Assembly (NCBI RefSeq): GCF_021028975.2
Contig: NC_059425.1
Coordinates: 96,906,001-96,970,000 of the forward strand
From: Sphaerodactylus townsendi
Taxonomy: Eukaryota
Reading direction: 5' to 3'
DNA length: 64,000 bases
Below, piece by piece: positions 32,801 to 47,679 of this stretch. Position numbers and translations under genes: made by a program. Below the pieces are notes generated by a model. It was not told the origin of the DNA, searched no databases, and saw only the letters and a list, made by a program, of their open reading frames with translations. How positions within the stretch are numbered: the stretch's first letter is position 1; each line of letters begins with the position of its first letter.

Positions 32801-34849
32801 AATTAAGCATATCTGTACTATCTCTTCCACATATGCATATCCCACATAGGCTAGGGTTTCCAGTTTATTCAGGAGAACAGAGTTACCATGAAGTTGTCTT
32901 TGCACAATGGTTACAAATACTTCACTAGAAAGGCTCCCACCTTATTCCCAGTGCTTTAAAAATGTTTTTAAAATATTGTTTTAAAAATGGGTTAGTTTTT
33001 TTTGACAAGTTTATAGAACTATTTATTGAAAGTGTTGTCTTTTGTATATGTATAAACTGATTTTAATTGTTAGCTGCCCTGAGCATAACATCGTGCTGGG
33101 CAAGGGCAGGATATTAAACCTAATAAAATAATTTAAAAGTTGTCATATTCTAGGATCAGTCATCTCCAAAAATAGCAGTAGTAGTAAAATGGAGGAGATG
33201 ACCTGTTAAACATAGCTGGGAAATGTTTTTTTTAACCATGTGTTAGAAAGAATATAACACTTCCATATTGAAGAAATCTTGAAATCCCATCATGGAATTT
33301 CAACAGGAACAAACTGTGAAGTATAGAAGGGTGATGTGATAACTAGAGGATTGTGCCAGTTTGGGAACCAGTGCCCTAACATCTGAGTCCCCATTTAGGC
33401 TGTGGCCTAAGCCCTGAGTAACACATGGATGAAACCAGTGGGGATCCCATAGCAGAGGGATTTTGCTAATGCAGGTACTGGAAGAGGTGTTTCCCTCTGG
33501 TGGAAAAAGCCTGCATCAAATGCAAGGCACTCCTCTGAGCATCTTGCAACAGGGAACATTTCTCCTGTGGGAGGAAAAAGTCTCCATTAAGGAGAACGGA
33601 TCTACAGTGGGCTTCCATACACTTTGGGCCAAAAAGATGGCATACATTTTTTTAAATAACTCTGTATGTCTTGCAATTTATAGAACTTGGATTATCATTG
33701 CAAGTTGGGCTCCAGCCAAAACAATGGTTTTCTTTAGAGAAATAGTAGGGCTGTACTGTCAGGCCATCCAACCCAAATAGAAACATATAGAATAATTAAA
33801 ATTTTGTTTCAGAAAATGAGAGTCTGAGAACATCCATGCTTTATATTTGTGTCACAGATACAAGGCCGTGGCCAATGTTCTCACTTTTACATGTCAAATC
33901 AGTGTTGTGTTTTATTATCCTTTTCTAGCAGAAGTTAAAAAAAAACATAGAGGGCTCCAGTGAAGAATGGAGAGAGACAACCCATCCTGTTCTCTAGGCT
34001 GGGTATTTCCCAAGTGCACCTTTTCAAAACAGATCTTCAACTAGACTAACCAGGCTTAGAACCTCATCTACATCCATCCCTTTTCTTTACTCACTTGCCC
34101 TCCAACAACACACATTCTGACACACAGGAATGCTCCTTTTTCTGTAATAGAGAGCATGCCACTGCCAGTTCAGATGAGCCAGCACCAGATAGACAGCAAT
34201 GATTTGAGTCCTGGCAAATATGATCATAAGTTCAGTTTATTAATATTGCAACAGTTGCACTCAATGAGATCACTTGGATAACAAAACATTTATCAACTAA
34301 ACGCTGCCACCTACTGAAGTTTTGCAAACAGCTCAGATGATTGGATAAGATCACAAATTCACTCTGTCAGAAGCTTATGGTTTTTGCTGAAATGTCTCCA
34401 AAGGAGGGGGATAGGAGAGAGAAAAAAGAAAGATCACCAGCCGAATGAAACAAGACATCTCTTTTTGTGCAGTCTGTTTGGAAAGTGTCAGGGTAAATCC
34501 TACAGAGCAGCATCCAAACAGAGAACAGCAGGGTTTGGCTCTTGATGCCATGGAGTTTTCAAATACAGCAGCTAGGAATGCTTCCGATCAACTGCGTAGG
34601 CTGGCTGCTGGGTAGTATAAACTTTCACTCATATTTCCACGTCAGTGGCCAGAATTCTACGCAGTCTGTGATGCATGCCACACTTAAAATGGCCTTCTTA
34701 CTTTGTTGGGAAATGTATTGACGGAAAGAAAGGAAAGAAAGGAAGAAAAGAAACAAAGAAAAGCCCTCGCCCTTCTCATTTCTGTGCATTTGTTCATGTT
34801 CTAGAGTAATAACATTTAAGTTAAAAAGATTATCCTGAACACATCCTGA

Positions 34850-35025
34850 ATATACCTTATACTAAGTCAGATAATTGTTCTATCCAGGTCAATACTGACT
34901 ACTCTGACTGGCTGCAGTTCTCCTGGATCTCACCCGGCACAACCTGCTGTCTGATCTTCTGAACTGCAGATGCTGGAAACTGAATCTAGGACCTTCTGTA
35001 TATAAAGCAGATGCTCTGCCATGGC
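34850..35025 (-). mobile_element. tRNA-head / CR1-tail SINE (decayed)
   Basis: ccttatactaagtcaga..gaatctaggaccttctg..agcagatgctctgcca. Confidence 0.6.
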
Positions 35026-38000
35026 CTGTTAAAGTTGGTTTATATCTTAGGTAATCAGATCAAAACCTGAAACTTTTTACAGAAAGTAATGAAGCCTATT
35101 TGGTATAAATAAAAGTGAATTAATTACATGCAGTACAATATTGACCAAAATGTGAAAATAAATGTGTAGTTGTTAACAGTCACCTTTCACTGATAGCTCT
35201 CTTGTGCAGAAAAATCATACTTCTTCCAGCTTCTGCCAAAGTTCGTGGCAGTGTGCAAAAATATCTGAAGAGCTGAGAACATGCCTTTGAAAATTAGTTG
35301 CACTGGTTTTCTGTAAATTTCATTTAATAAGTGAGTGTGGTTCATCTTCTTTTCAAAAGCAGTGTATTGTCTGAACCAAACTGAAGACTTCGTTTTGGAA
35401 AACAACAACAGTGTGTCCTTCTTTTAGTTTTCTTTGTATAATTTCATAGTGATTCTGTCTGCCTGGTTTGTAACCCCACATCTTTCTTTTTATTGTATTT
35501 ATAGCCAGACATGGCATTATGGTTGGGGCGTATGTGTATCTATTTTCACAAAAAAAGGGGGGGCCTCTTAATTCCACCAGTAACCAACATCACTTCCCAC
35601 TGTCTTTGGATCAATTGATTATTATGGAACTTGTTATTTCCACCAACTACCCCTCCTTTCTGCCTATCCATAAGGAGCTCTGGAACGGCTAGTTCTTGAG
35701 AATGGGAAGCGCAAGTATCTGGTCTCTAAAAATACAAGTCTTAGTTTAATTGCATAAGCACACACTCTCTATTCTAGCCCAGAATATTAGGTTCACAGAA
35801 TGTTGCCTGTTTTGCTCTGAAAATGCTTCTCACTGTTTACAGCAAAGATTTGAACAGACTATCTAGGTATACGTCATAGTTAAGAGGAAATAATCTACAT
35901 TTCATTCTTATTCCCCCCATCATGGTAGTGGGATTGCAAAATTGGCTATGCAACCTTCCAGGATCTCTTGGGTCCTGGTAAAGTATACTCTTCTCTCAGG
36001 CTAAGGTATCTTATAGGGTTGTTGTGAGAACAAACTAGAAGAGAGCAGAATGAGTACCCATTGAGGGGATAAGTGGAACTGTATGTAGATGTGATGAAGC
36101 TATTGATAAGTTATCAACTCATGGATTATTTAAGTTTCATAACTCAATTTTTTTCCATTTCATTTTTATAATTTTTTTGGTAAATTTTATGCCCCTGCTG
36201 GCTGTGAATGTTTGCATTACATTTACATAGAGATAGAACTCTTAGGCAGCAGGTAATTAATAAAAAATAAACCTTGAAAAAAAAACAAGGTTATGCACTA
36301 TTCACCGACCAACCATTTTAAGAAACTGCTCATTTTTTATAAAAATGTTCTCCTGCTAACTGCTTCCTTGCTGTGAAAAGCCAGCACGGGAGTGCTCATC
36401 TGCCAGAACCATTTTTTAAAAGTTGTGAACACTGTGTCTATTCCACTTACAGCAATACTAGCAATGGTAAAATACTAAGGGAAAATGATTATTTTAAAGT
36501 TGGCTGGAACAGTCTGTAGACCTACCACCATCATTCAAAGGAAAAAATGGTTTCTCTGACACTCAAAGGTTGCATTATCCTTTACCCCTTTAAGCCTATG
36601 GCTTTACTGAGATTAGAATGGCTATTTCTAAGGGATTGGGGAAAGTGTTTTGCTGATGGGGATCTTATCTGCTGTAATATGGAAGTCAGGAACTATAGAC
36701 CTGGGATAAGGTGACAGCAATGAGGATTCCATGAAAAAGTCCAAGAACAATTCTTATTGATTTCATGGATGGCAGCTCTTATATTCTCCTTCAAAGGAGA
36801 ACATGGATGAAAAAACTGCACAATAGGCAATTGGTGTTAGAAATGAAAAGAAGTGGTTTCTCGAAGGCTTTCAGGAAAGTCCCTGGTTAATTTTCATGTG
36901 GATTTTGCAAGGTCACAAAATGATCACTCCAAGTGTTCATTGCTTTCCTTTTACCAGTTGTGCAAATGCCAGTGAACTAGATGCACAGTGTATTTCCTGT
37001 GTCATCTAATCTCTATTAACTCCATTTACTTCTAAGGGCATGTTGCCATGTTACAGCAAAAACTGGGGGGGGGGCAGCTGCAGGGGTGGCACACCAACGG
37101 CACCACTGAGACACCTCCTAAGGGGTCTACTGTGTTCCAACCAGCCCTGGGACACTACCAAAAAAATCTTTGACAGAAAAAGGGACAGTAGTGCAGGAGC
37201 ATTGGGGTAGAGGGGTTGGGGTTGGGGTTGGAACCATGACCAACAGGGCAGCCAACAGCCATCACGAATGGGGGAGGAGCAAGACAGCAGAACCAGGCCA
37301 GGAGCAGGGAGGGGATAGGAATAGGCAAAGGAGGGTAAGTGGAAGGGGCAGCCCCATGCACTATGATGATTGATCCCCAGTCCAGCCCCGAGCATTTACA
37401 CCAGCACCAGGGTCACGCTGCCTCCACAGCACTTTCACCATCAGCCTCTGCTAATAATGCTGACAGTTTTCTCCTTCAAGAGTAGTGTGCAATGGAGCTT
37501 ATAAAACTAAGAAGAGCCATAGTAATTCAGCAACAAAAGTAAGTGGATGGGAATGAGATCCTTGAATAAGTTTAACTTTTCATTTTGGTAATTGGTACTT
37601 TTATCTTTTACAGTTGAAGGATCCACCCTTCCAAAGTCAGGAGGCAAACTGATAGACCTCCTGTTTTCTGGGATTTCCAGAATTTTAGGAACATTGGCCT
37701 AAACTGTAACAATATAGTATATTGCATTAGAAACTAGCTATGTTAAAGTATAAACATGTTAAGTATAAACATCAAAGTATAAACAAAAATGCAAGAGATT
37801 ACTATAAATCTGTCAGCAAACAAACTGTGAGATTCAAGTGGTGTAAATCTGAACTTGATTTAGAAAATGGCAACCAGACATTTGACTGTAATAAATCATT
37901 TCTACTCTGGGCATACCCATGATCTTATTACAATTATCAACTAACTGAGGACCTTGCTATCTATGTGCACAAGCCTTTCTTCTTCATAGCATTATACATC

Positions 38001-41000
38001 TATAGATTGACTGCATAGGCTTTAAACTGAATATCCTTTCTAGTGATTTTATTTGCTCCAGGTTAATGTTTACCAATGCAGTAAGTTGGAAGAGTTTTAT
38101 TTTTCTGTATCAACCAAAACAAACAAACAAACAAACAAAAAAGGCTTCTCTTGAATCTACACATTTACATTCTATTAAGTCAATTGCTGAGGAATTTGCA
38201 TGCCTAAGCTGCAACTTTCTGACTTGGCATGCATGGGAAAAGGGGGTGGGAATCATTGCCAGCTAATATAATAATGCTTGATGGTTACGATATTAAATCT
38301 TTAAATGCCAGAGAAGTCATAACTTTAGCTGAATTGCTAAATTTACAGTAGCCTTTGTTATGGGAAAAGAGAAGGGTAGAAAGATGAGCAGGGGAAGAGT
38401 CTTGTTTGCAAAGGCAGTCAAGTAAAAGATGACAATTTTTAAAATGGCAAATAATCTCTCTGGAAGGGTCTGGCACTGTACCTTTGCTGCTGCCTGCATC
38501 ATTTGTAAATTGAATAGTTACATTTTATGGACGACTCTGAGTGATGTCTAGGGAAATTGAACACCAATGAAATCAGCCTGGTGTAAAGAAATGTGTGTGC
38601 GTTTTCTGGCTGATGGATTAGTAAACCACAAAAATACCAAGAGCTCATTAATGCAAAATTCTCAGACTGTGGCTCGTGGGGATGTAGAAGTGCTCCAGAG
38701 AGACTGAAAGATGTGCACTATTGTCAGTGTGGCCTCCAGAAGCAATGGATCATGGGAAAAAGAACAGTCCTCTAACTGTTCAGATCACTTTTCCCTCGGG
38801 AACGCTAGCATTTCAGTTAGCATACAAATCAAGAATGGGAAAGTGTGAAGAATAGTAGTTTAGTCTAACTTTTGACTCCAGCTCTTCTGACCTGGCACAG
38901 TAGATTTTAAAATGACACAATTATCTTTACTCCACATTCTTAAGCAGCAAAGCAGAGATGCTTTCCCAAGTATAGAATCTGATCCAGTACATAGAAAGAC
39001 ATATTTTGCACATCAATCACAGTTTGCAGCATCCAACCTTTGAGAGTATTCTCTACGTTGCTAGAATAAGTCACTCACTGTTTGATCTTGTGTTATCTGT
39101 CAAGGCACTGTTGTGGTACAGCATCAGTTCATTTGTCAAATATGTGCACAAAATTCCTGTGGGTGTTTCCTTTCTGGAGAATACTGGGTCTGAAATATAT
39201 TATAAACCACCAAAACATTGGGCATGGTCCTCCCAATACTGGCTTTTTAGACAATGTGAATTGACATAGAGACTTGCGCCACCATTCCTATTACCAGATG
39301 TCCGTAAAAATTTATAGCAGGCTGTTAAATTTAGCAGATCCCATCTTAATTAGATTAGCTTCTGCACAGCATGAAAGATGAATATTTCACTGATGGAGAA
39401 TTTATAAACATTTCTGGTGGGAAGATGTAGTCTATTTCTCCAGTGGGAAAGAAGATCTGTTAATGACACACCACCATTGCATGTTAGAACATAAGGAAAA
39501 GCTTCTCTCTCTCTCTTTTTTTACACAATGTTCCCTTTTTATTTCTCTCAGGAATATTCAGGTTTTTTGTACATTTATGTGTGTTTGCAAACAAAGACCA
39601 GTTAACCTAACAGCCAACACAATAGTGAGAATGTCAGATTTTTCTAACAGAGAAACAATAAGCAATTCCTGTTGTCAAATCCCATTACCAAGCTATCACC
39701 AGGCAAAACATTTATTAGTTGTCTGACAGTTCAAGAATTATTATTTTTACCTACATAATGGAAAAAGAGTTCTACATTTGATTTGAACAGATTTTGTGCA
39801 TTGTAATCTTGCATCTTTCTATCCTTTGCCCTCTAAGGTCATGGTCTTTTTGAAAAACCTCCATTGTCTGCCAAAAATTATATAGTAAAACAGGGAAAAT
39901 AGCTTGAAAGATGAGGACCAGTGTATATTCCCAGTATGGGGATTTATCTGGATCTCCAGCATGCTCATTCAATGCAGCTGGTCCTGAATCTGTCAATACT
40001 TCCTGTCCATACAGCACATATGAGAAATCACAGGTTGTGAATGGGCATTGGTGGTAGGAAAGCATGAATGGAAAAACTGAATTTTTCCACACTGGTAGCA
40101 CCCCTAGAATTTGCTTCTTGGAATCAAGTTCCACTGAGGTCAATGGGATTTACTTGTAGAACAATAGCTTGAACCCTGTGGAAAGTCCTCCACTGTCACC
40201 TTTCCCTTGCAGCTTCCTAATCTTCCAGTAAGCCTAAGGGGGGGGGGGGGTGTTGATGGTGCCTTGAAGATAAAATATCATGAGGCAATGAAGACTGCAG
40301 TTAGAAGGGAGAACTAGGCAAATAATCTCCCACTTTCCTTTGTCATCATGAGATGAGAATGGTTTCCTTTCAGGCAAGAAGCAGAAAGGATTATTTTGTG
40401 TGATTCAACTTACTTACTAAGTCTCATGGTATTTTGACCTTGAGGCTTCTTCGACTCCCAGCACTGATTTCTGATGGCAACTTAGGGAGCTGCTGAGTGA
40501 ACAGGGAAGATGGAAAGATCTGCCTGCAGAAGTCAGCATGTTTAGGATTGGGTTTAAGAAATAAACTGGGAGCATGAGAAGTGCTAAAGTTGGCAGGTCA
40601 TTTCAATATGAGATCAGGAATCAAGGCGCTGTCCTGCTAATCATACATGTAATTTATTCAGATGTGTGCATAATCATTTGATGACCAACCTTTAAAAGAA
40701 GAGGGAGGGAGGCTGAACCTCAGGGTTCCTAGCACTGAAGTATCAGAATATTATAGCTTTTGTATGCCTGTATTTGTAACCTGCTTTGAGTTTTTTCTGG
40801 GGAGAAAAGTGGAATAGAAGTATTTAAATAAACAGGATTATTAGTCGCCTTTCTAGTTTCCTTCTGAAGCCCATTTCTATGTAAGCAGAAAGCATCTTCT
40901 CTTTGAAATGTGTCCTTTCTGGGGGAGGGAGGAGGGGGAGGGGAGCCAAAATGTCAGGAAAGACTCCCACTCAGATCACAATGTTCATATAATAGCCAAG

Positions 41001-41619
41001 GAGCCCTTCAGAACACAAGGATGCATAAACGCTGAGCACGTGTGCTGGTGCCTGATAAAGAGAAAGGACTGGCATTTGCTCACACTGCCGGCTGATAGCA
41101 TTCACATCATACACCATTTGTTACTAGGCAACTGATTAAATATATGTGCTGGTCCTTCAAGCAGTGCTTGCAATTAATTAACCAACCCATTTTCATTTTG
41201 ACTGCCTTCCTTTCCCGCACCCAAGTGCTGACAGCTGAGAAATGCTAGTTATCTTCCTGAATTGAAACTGCTGGAGAGGTGGGGTCAAAAGACACAGGTA
41301 ACAGTCACCTGTGAATACCCTTGAGCAGTTTGGAAGATACCTGGGCAGCAAAAAATGCTTTTCTCCTCATGTTTGGTACTACTGCAGGAGAAGACTAAGT
41401 TGTAAAGCACCTTTCAGCAGGAAAGAATGTTTGTATAATAACTCTGAATTAATATATTCTATTCTGAAGGGCTGGTGACCCATACCAGTCAACTCTATTC
41501 CTTTCCCATGATGCTGTAAGATTCTCCTATGGGAAAAATAAGATCTAATCAGAAAATGCCATTAATTTAATCTTGATCTCAGGTCAAGATCAATCCTAGA
41601 GCATCTTAGGAAAGTGATA

Positions 41620-41872
41620 CCGTGTTTCTCCTAAAATAAGACAATGTCTTATATTAATTTTTGCTCCAAAAGATGCGCTATGTCTTATTTTCAGGAGATG
41701 TCTTATGTTTCTGCTCCACAGCTGCATTCTCTGGTGTTCTGTTCAACAGGCATGCTTCCAAACAAAAACTTTGCTACGTCTTACTTTCAGGGGATGTTTT
41801 ATATTTAGCACTTCAGCAAAACCTCTACTACGTCTTATTCTCAGAGGATGTCTTATTTTCGAAGAAACAGGG
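41620..41872. mobile_element. Tc1/mariner (pogo/Tigger-like) MITE, 253 bp
   Basis: 24-bp TIRs ccgtgtttctcctaaaataagaca / tgtcttattttcgaagaaacaggg (3 mismatches), TA on both flanks, and internal gtcttattttcagg repeats. Confidence 0.88.
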
Positions 41873-42584
41873 TAGTTAGCAAGTACTGTTGAACTTGGGG
41901 GCCTGATATACCGAAGAGTAATATATACAATATCACAGCACTGAAATGGACAGAGTCACTGTCCTTGAAGGCCAGTGTCCAGGACTTATAAAATGGAGTG
42001 GCTTGACTAACATGATGCCAACAGCCTTTCCTCAGAATGAATGGAGAATAGAGAGGAAAATAGAATCCCACCTTCCTATGATATCTGGCACTGATATTTT
42101 CAGCTCACCAAATATGACCACCCTAATGCGTATTTTTTCCCCTCAGTGAGCCAAATAACTACCCCCAAAGGACTGTTTCAGGTCACAAAAGTGGTGTATG
42201 TAGAAGGCTGAAGTTCCTTCTCCATAGACAGCCCTTCTGTGTTTGGAATCAAGTAACATCCATGTGGGAACTGAACAGAACCTGCAGCTCACTTCTGACT
42301 GTGAAACAGCATATGGGGGATCCTAGATTCAATCTATGTACTCTGAAATCTGCAAAGAAGTACATTATGGCTGGTTACCCACAGCCAGCTCTTGCCCCAC
42401 TCTAGCGTGAAAAGTTGCGCTAGAAATGCTCTTGCTTTCTGCGGGAAAAGCAAGAAGCACCAGCGGGGCAGGAGGAAGTTCGTCGGGACAAGAAATATTT
42501 TTCCTGAAGTACTTCTTGTCTCGATGAGCAGCAGGGAGAAAGCACTTTGGGACAAGAAATCTTGCCCTGACGTCCTTCCTCTCT

Positions 42585-42637
42585 CGAAAACCCCCCAGAA
42601 CCAATTGAATCCAGTCGTGAAAGCCTTCGACAATATA
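42585..42637 (+). mobile_element. Penelope-like pLTR 3' stub
   Basis: gaaaaccccccagaaccaattgaatccagtcgtgaaagccttcgacaata matches 31243-31293. Confidence 0.7.
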
Positions 42638-42714
42638 TAGAATTCATGTTTATCTTTAGGATTTTTATTTATTTACTTCAAATTTGAAAGCATAACCCAA
42701 TTTCATCAAATTTT

Positions 42715-42865
42715 GGAAGGAGAGTCAGTACTTGGATGGGAGACTACTAAGGAAAACTTTGCAGAGGAAGGCAATTGTAAACCACCTTTGCTTGAGTTTT
42801 GCCTTGAAAGTCCCTTGCTGGGGTTGCCATTTGTTGGCTGCATCTTTACATCACTTTACACACAT
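42715..42865 (+). mobile_element. 5S-derived SINE (partial)
   Basis: agtacttggatgggagac (5S C-box region) plus the ggcaattgtaaaccacct..ccttgaaa tail. Confidence 0.7.
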
Positions 42866-45584
42866 GCAATATTCATTTTTACACTTAAGAACAAAAAGCT
42901 AATATATTTCCACAGTATCTTCTGCCAAGTTCAAAACAGAACAATCCACATTTCTGCTTCTAATCCAAGGCACCTGCCGGAGCTGCCCACATCCAAGCCA
43001 CAGCCATCGGCCAGGTCCTGCCTGAGAGCCAGCCTTCCTGTCAGCAGGGAGGCAGGAGCCAGCCTCAGGTGGCCAGCTGAGCTGTGAGCTGTGCCAGCCT
43101 GTGGCCGTTGCTCAGTGGCAAGCAGCTTGGGCAGATGCCTGAGGCCAGCTCCTGCCCTCCCTGGCCTCCCTGCTGATAGAGAGGCTGCCTCACTGTTGAG
43201 CCACGCCCCCCAGCCTCTCTGCTGGCTGGCTCCTGCCCTCCCCAGGGAGGCTGGGGAGGGCAGGCCCAGTGGCAGGCAGCCCAGGCGGGCACAGTGGTGG
43301 CAGGTCTTTCCCTGGAGGGCAGGAGCTGGCCTGCTGCCGTGTCCGAGTCACCTGCTGTTGAGTCCCGCCTACGCCCTCCCTGTAGGCTTGCATAGGTAAG
43401 TGGGGCGTGGCTGGGTGGGGGGACATGGGGGGTTGGAGTGTTTCCCTGGGTGCCATTTCCCCCCAGTATGCCTCTGCCCTTTGCTATAACTGATGGAATT
43501 GGAATACATTCTCCTCCTTTTTCAGTAGTCAGCACTTGCAGCAAGATAACACTGTAAGTATAGGTTCAGATGCTTTCACTTAAATTGACAGTTTAAATAC
43601 AGATCAGGTAAAGTACCAGATAGACATCAAAAGGCTTGTCTGGGATGTGGGCAATTCATGGATTCCTGGGTAGTGTGGTAACTATTAATCTGCATATACC
43701 AAAGATGGCCGTGGTGCCTGGTGCCTAAATTTCCAACTCATAATTTTAGCATTATTCATCCTAATTTGTGTTCCTAGATACCTAAATTAACTATAGATTC
43801 AGAAAATCACATTCGGGAATGTTTTGCCTCAGGAACAGGTAAAAAAGAGGACATCACAAAATAATGTAATCTAAGCTGTTTAATTTTTTTGTTGAGAGGA
43901 TTTTCAACATTCTCTTTTAAAAAGCAACAACAAAAAAGAACAAGCGGGAAAATCTCAAAATCCAGCTATTTATAGCCCCATCCAAAGGGTGCGGGGGGGG
44001 GGGGAGAACTTGCAGAACTTGCAGGAGCATTTGCCTTCCCTGGGACCCTTAACCTAGCAGAGGGGGCAGATCCTGCAGCCCCACCACCGCAGAACCTGGA
44101 AGTCCAGGTTGCAGTGCAACCCTGTTGGCATCCTGCTAGAATGCTGGCATGGGGATGGGGTGTTCCCAGGGGGCAAAGCTGGTGTTAGTCAGCTTCCACT
44201 CAGGGTTGAGGACAGGGCCCCAGCCTTCAGATTTACACCATCCTTGTGGGAGTCCTATATGCCCTATGGATCTTTTGAAGGCCCTAAGCTTTTCCCTACT
44301 CCCTGCACTTCCTGTACTACCAGAAAGCCCTCTTGGAGGCAGAAGGGTAGCACCACATTGGGGCAGTGTTCCACTGCCTCTGGGTTTGGATGGGGCTACA
44401 AATTGAGTGAGCAAAAAAGAGGGGAAAAAGCAGAGACAAAAATATCAGTGATAGCAGATGTACACATCTTTAAAAGGTTTACAAATACTGATAGAGTTCT
44501 AAGGGCCTCAGTCCACTGACTCGGGCGTTTATCTTTCCACTGTCATAATATACATTTTTTAGCTTTAGTAAAGGCATGGAAGGTCCATTTTCATGGACCA
44601 TCAATTAACCTCCAAGAGATGGGCTGATAGTTTAAAAGTATATAAGCATAATGAAAAATCCATGTAAGTTCTAATAAAAAAAATTATATGAGTAATAACT
44701 TCTTACCAGAAAAATTGAATGACTGGACATGTCCAAAATTTAAGGGACACATCCTATGAGTTATAATGCCAATATTTAGACAATAACTCAGTCCTTAGCT
44801 GAAGAGCTGCTGTGGTGTCCAGTATATCCTAAACATAATTTTTTGTTGAATAAGTCACATCTTAAGATCAATGGAAAGAGTAATACAAACCTTTAAGGCC
44901 ATAACCCAATTCTTTGGCAAAAATAGGACTGCCCAGCTCTTTATTCCATATTTATTTATTAATCAACATGAAGAATATATAGATAAATACTGCAAGTTTT
45001 GTTCTGGGTGTCTGGTTAGTTTGATTTATTTTGTTAGGCTCTAGTTTGGGAGGATGTACAAGGTGTGACATTTGCAGTGAATAGATCACTTCCCAGCACC
45101 CCTGCATAGACATTGTGGACCACATGGCAACACAGAAACTACACTTTTAACCCACCTACTACCTCTAAATCTGCTATAGCCTGCGTAGGGTGAGGTGACC
45201 TCCTCCACAACCTATGAACTTTTGCATGTCTTTGCAAATTGCAGAGAACAGCTGGTAGGGTTCAGTTTGGATGATGGACTGGGAACACAGAAGATATACT
45301 CAGTATTAGGTACAAATATTTACATGCCGTCAACAATGGCTGATTATGCCAAGATGTCTGCCATGCTGTAGAGACAAATGTCTGTCACAGCAAGATTTCT
45401 TGTATGGATGCTTTTCCTTGAGCCCCACTTTCACTTTTCATCCTCTCTGCAGCAAGCAACACCACTTCAAGCACTTCATTTGCTTTCCCATCAGAGCAGG
45501 GAAGATTTGCCAGTGAGCACAGCTTAGTCCCAGACATCTTCCCTCCACCCATGGCCAGCCTACCTAGCTTCACCCTTCCTTTAT

Positions 45585-46100
45585 TTATAATTTTTAAAAT
45601 TGATATTCTCAAAATAATTATTCAGAAGAAGATAATAAATAGAAAAACAAGAAAAATAATGCAAGAATAATAAACAGAAAAATCCTAACAACAAAAATAA
45701 AACATAACCAAACTGAACTTAATATTCCAACAATTGTATTGGTCAATGACCAAAAATAAATCTGAATCTAATATTCTAACAAATTAATATGTAAACATAA
45801 TACCATTTTGTGAGAGAGCCTTCTATCTTCTTTTATCCCATCTAGCATTCTATTCTTAAATGATTTCATTAACACCAATTGTTATATATCAATTTAACGA
45901 ATACTTGCAACCTTAATTATTAACATTTTTATATTATTGATTCAACCTCATACTGAAATGATGCTTCCCACTTCTCATCAAACTCAGATTTTGACTATCT
46001 TTTTACAAAGTTTGACAGTTTCGCCATTGTAGCATATGCTCTGACTTTATCCTCCCAAGTTTCTATATTTGGGCAACTCTTGGTCTTTCAGATAGCTTCA
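45585..46100 (-). mobile_element. Decayed L1-type 3' end
   Basis: The minus strand reads ..ETWEDKVRAYATMAKLSNF, followed by an AT-rich UTR. Confidence 0.45.
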
Positions 46101-47679
46101 CATTTCCCATCCCTTGCACTGCCATCCACGCCTTCCCATGCCCTCACTTCCGTGTTGCTGGCTCCTTCCTGCTTCTTACTCATCCTGCTGGCATTTTTCA
46201 GAAGCCAGTTAAATGGAAGCCAAAGAAAATAAGCTCAGCCACACAGGTTTAGTCAAAACACATCAACCTCTAAATTCTCATATTGATATGATACCTCAGT
46301 ATAATAATAAATAAGGGTGCTTGGTCCTGCCATACACCCAGTGTTTTCACACACTCAGCCCCCCCCCTTTCCAGGAGTCATGTAAATCTCCCCACAGGCA
46401 CAATCCAGAGGTAGCAAAGAGCAGATGTGGAGATTGTATGGTGCTCATTTACATTTGGAGGACCAGTTGGTGTTTCTAGGAAACATACAAAAAGGGCATC
46501 TTTTTTATTCTACCCTACCTCCCCTGCTCTACTTCTGCCCTGTCTGATGATTGGGAGACCTTTTAAAAACTTTATTCCAATTTCAAGCATTTGTACCACA
46601 TTAGATCTATCAAAATAATGGCAGATCTAAGAAAGGAATACCAAAATAACAAGTAACCATTGCACAATGAAGAGCCCTTAGGTAAGCATTCCATGGTGGG
46701 GAAGAGATTACCCCTTACATAGGATACTGTTTAAAGTCCCTGGAACCTTTACAGCAAGAAGAAGGCACTTAAAATCTGGAATTCAGGAGAGGCGAAGAAA
46801 TGCAAGATTTCTGGCTTAGAAAAGATCAAACCCTGACAGCAGCATTGAGGCAGATGAATTACACCTGGCTGGAATGCTAAAACAATCTAATTAACAGCAG
46901 ATTGCTTATCTGACCTAGCAAGGTAATTTCCCATTTAAACAGCTAGTGAATAGACCCTTGTATAGGAGCAACATGTTACTAGCTTCTGCATGTATATGTT
47001 GCACTCTCAAACCAGATCTGACCATGCATTTTGGATTTGCCTTTTCCTGCTTGATGCTTCAGACTTGGAGTTACCTTAAACTGCATCCACTGATCACATC
47101 TCCTGCTTTAGCTGAATAGTTGACTCAGGACAGATACATTCATTAAAGCTATTGTTCAAATCTTGCTACAAAGAATACCCAACACCACAACATGCCAGAT
47201 TCTAGTTAAGAAGCTATCTTTATTTCATAGTTCAATTCCTCATCCAATATCTTTCTTTAAATACTTATTAATGTAAATTAATAATTTTATTATTTTTACA
47301 AGTGAGAACTTGCAAGGACTTGCAAGAGGCATCACGTTTCCCCCTCCCTCACTATTTACTCTTGCTCTTTGCTAAAAGCCCCCACAGCCTCTCTCTTTTT
47401 TCTTGCTGTTTTCTTCCCTTCCCACACAATAACCAACCTGTACTTATCAGTCTCCTGCAGCCTCTTCCTAGGAAAATAGTGTGTGGACAATGGGCCAGGC
47501 CCACTTGCATGGTAGAGGCCCCTCAAGAACTTGTGGGGAGGTACCTCACATTCCCCTGCATCCTCCTTCTCACACCATTTCTTCCTGGCAACCCTCCATA
47601 TCCCATTTTTTTGACCTCATTCTTGCTTTCTCATCTTTCTCAACCTACCTTTTATCCGCCCTCCATCTTTGACTATATG

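Noticed and set aside
39772-40143. 123-aa minus-strand ORF as a host exon
   Set aside because: No recognisable protein motif, a non-ATG start and no convincing splice-site pair.
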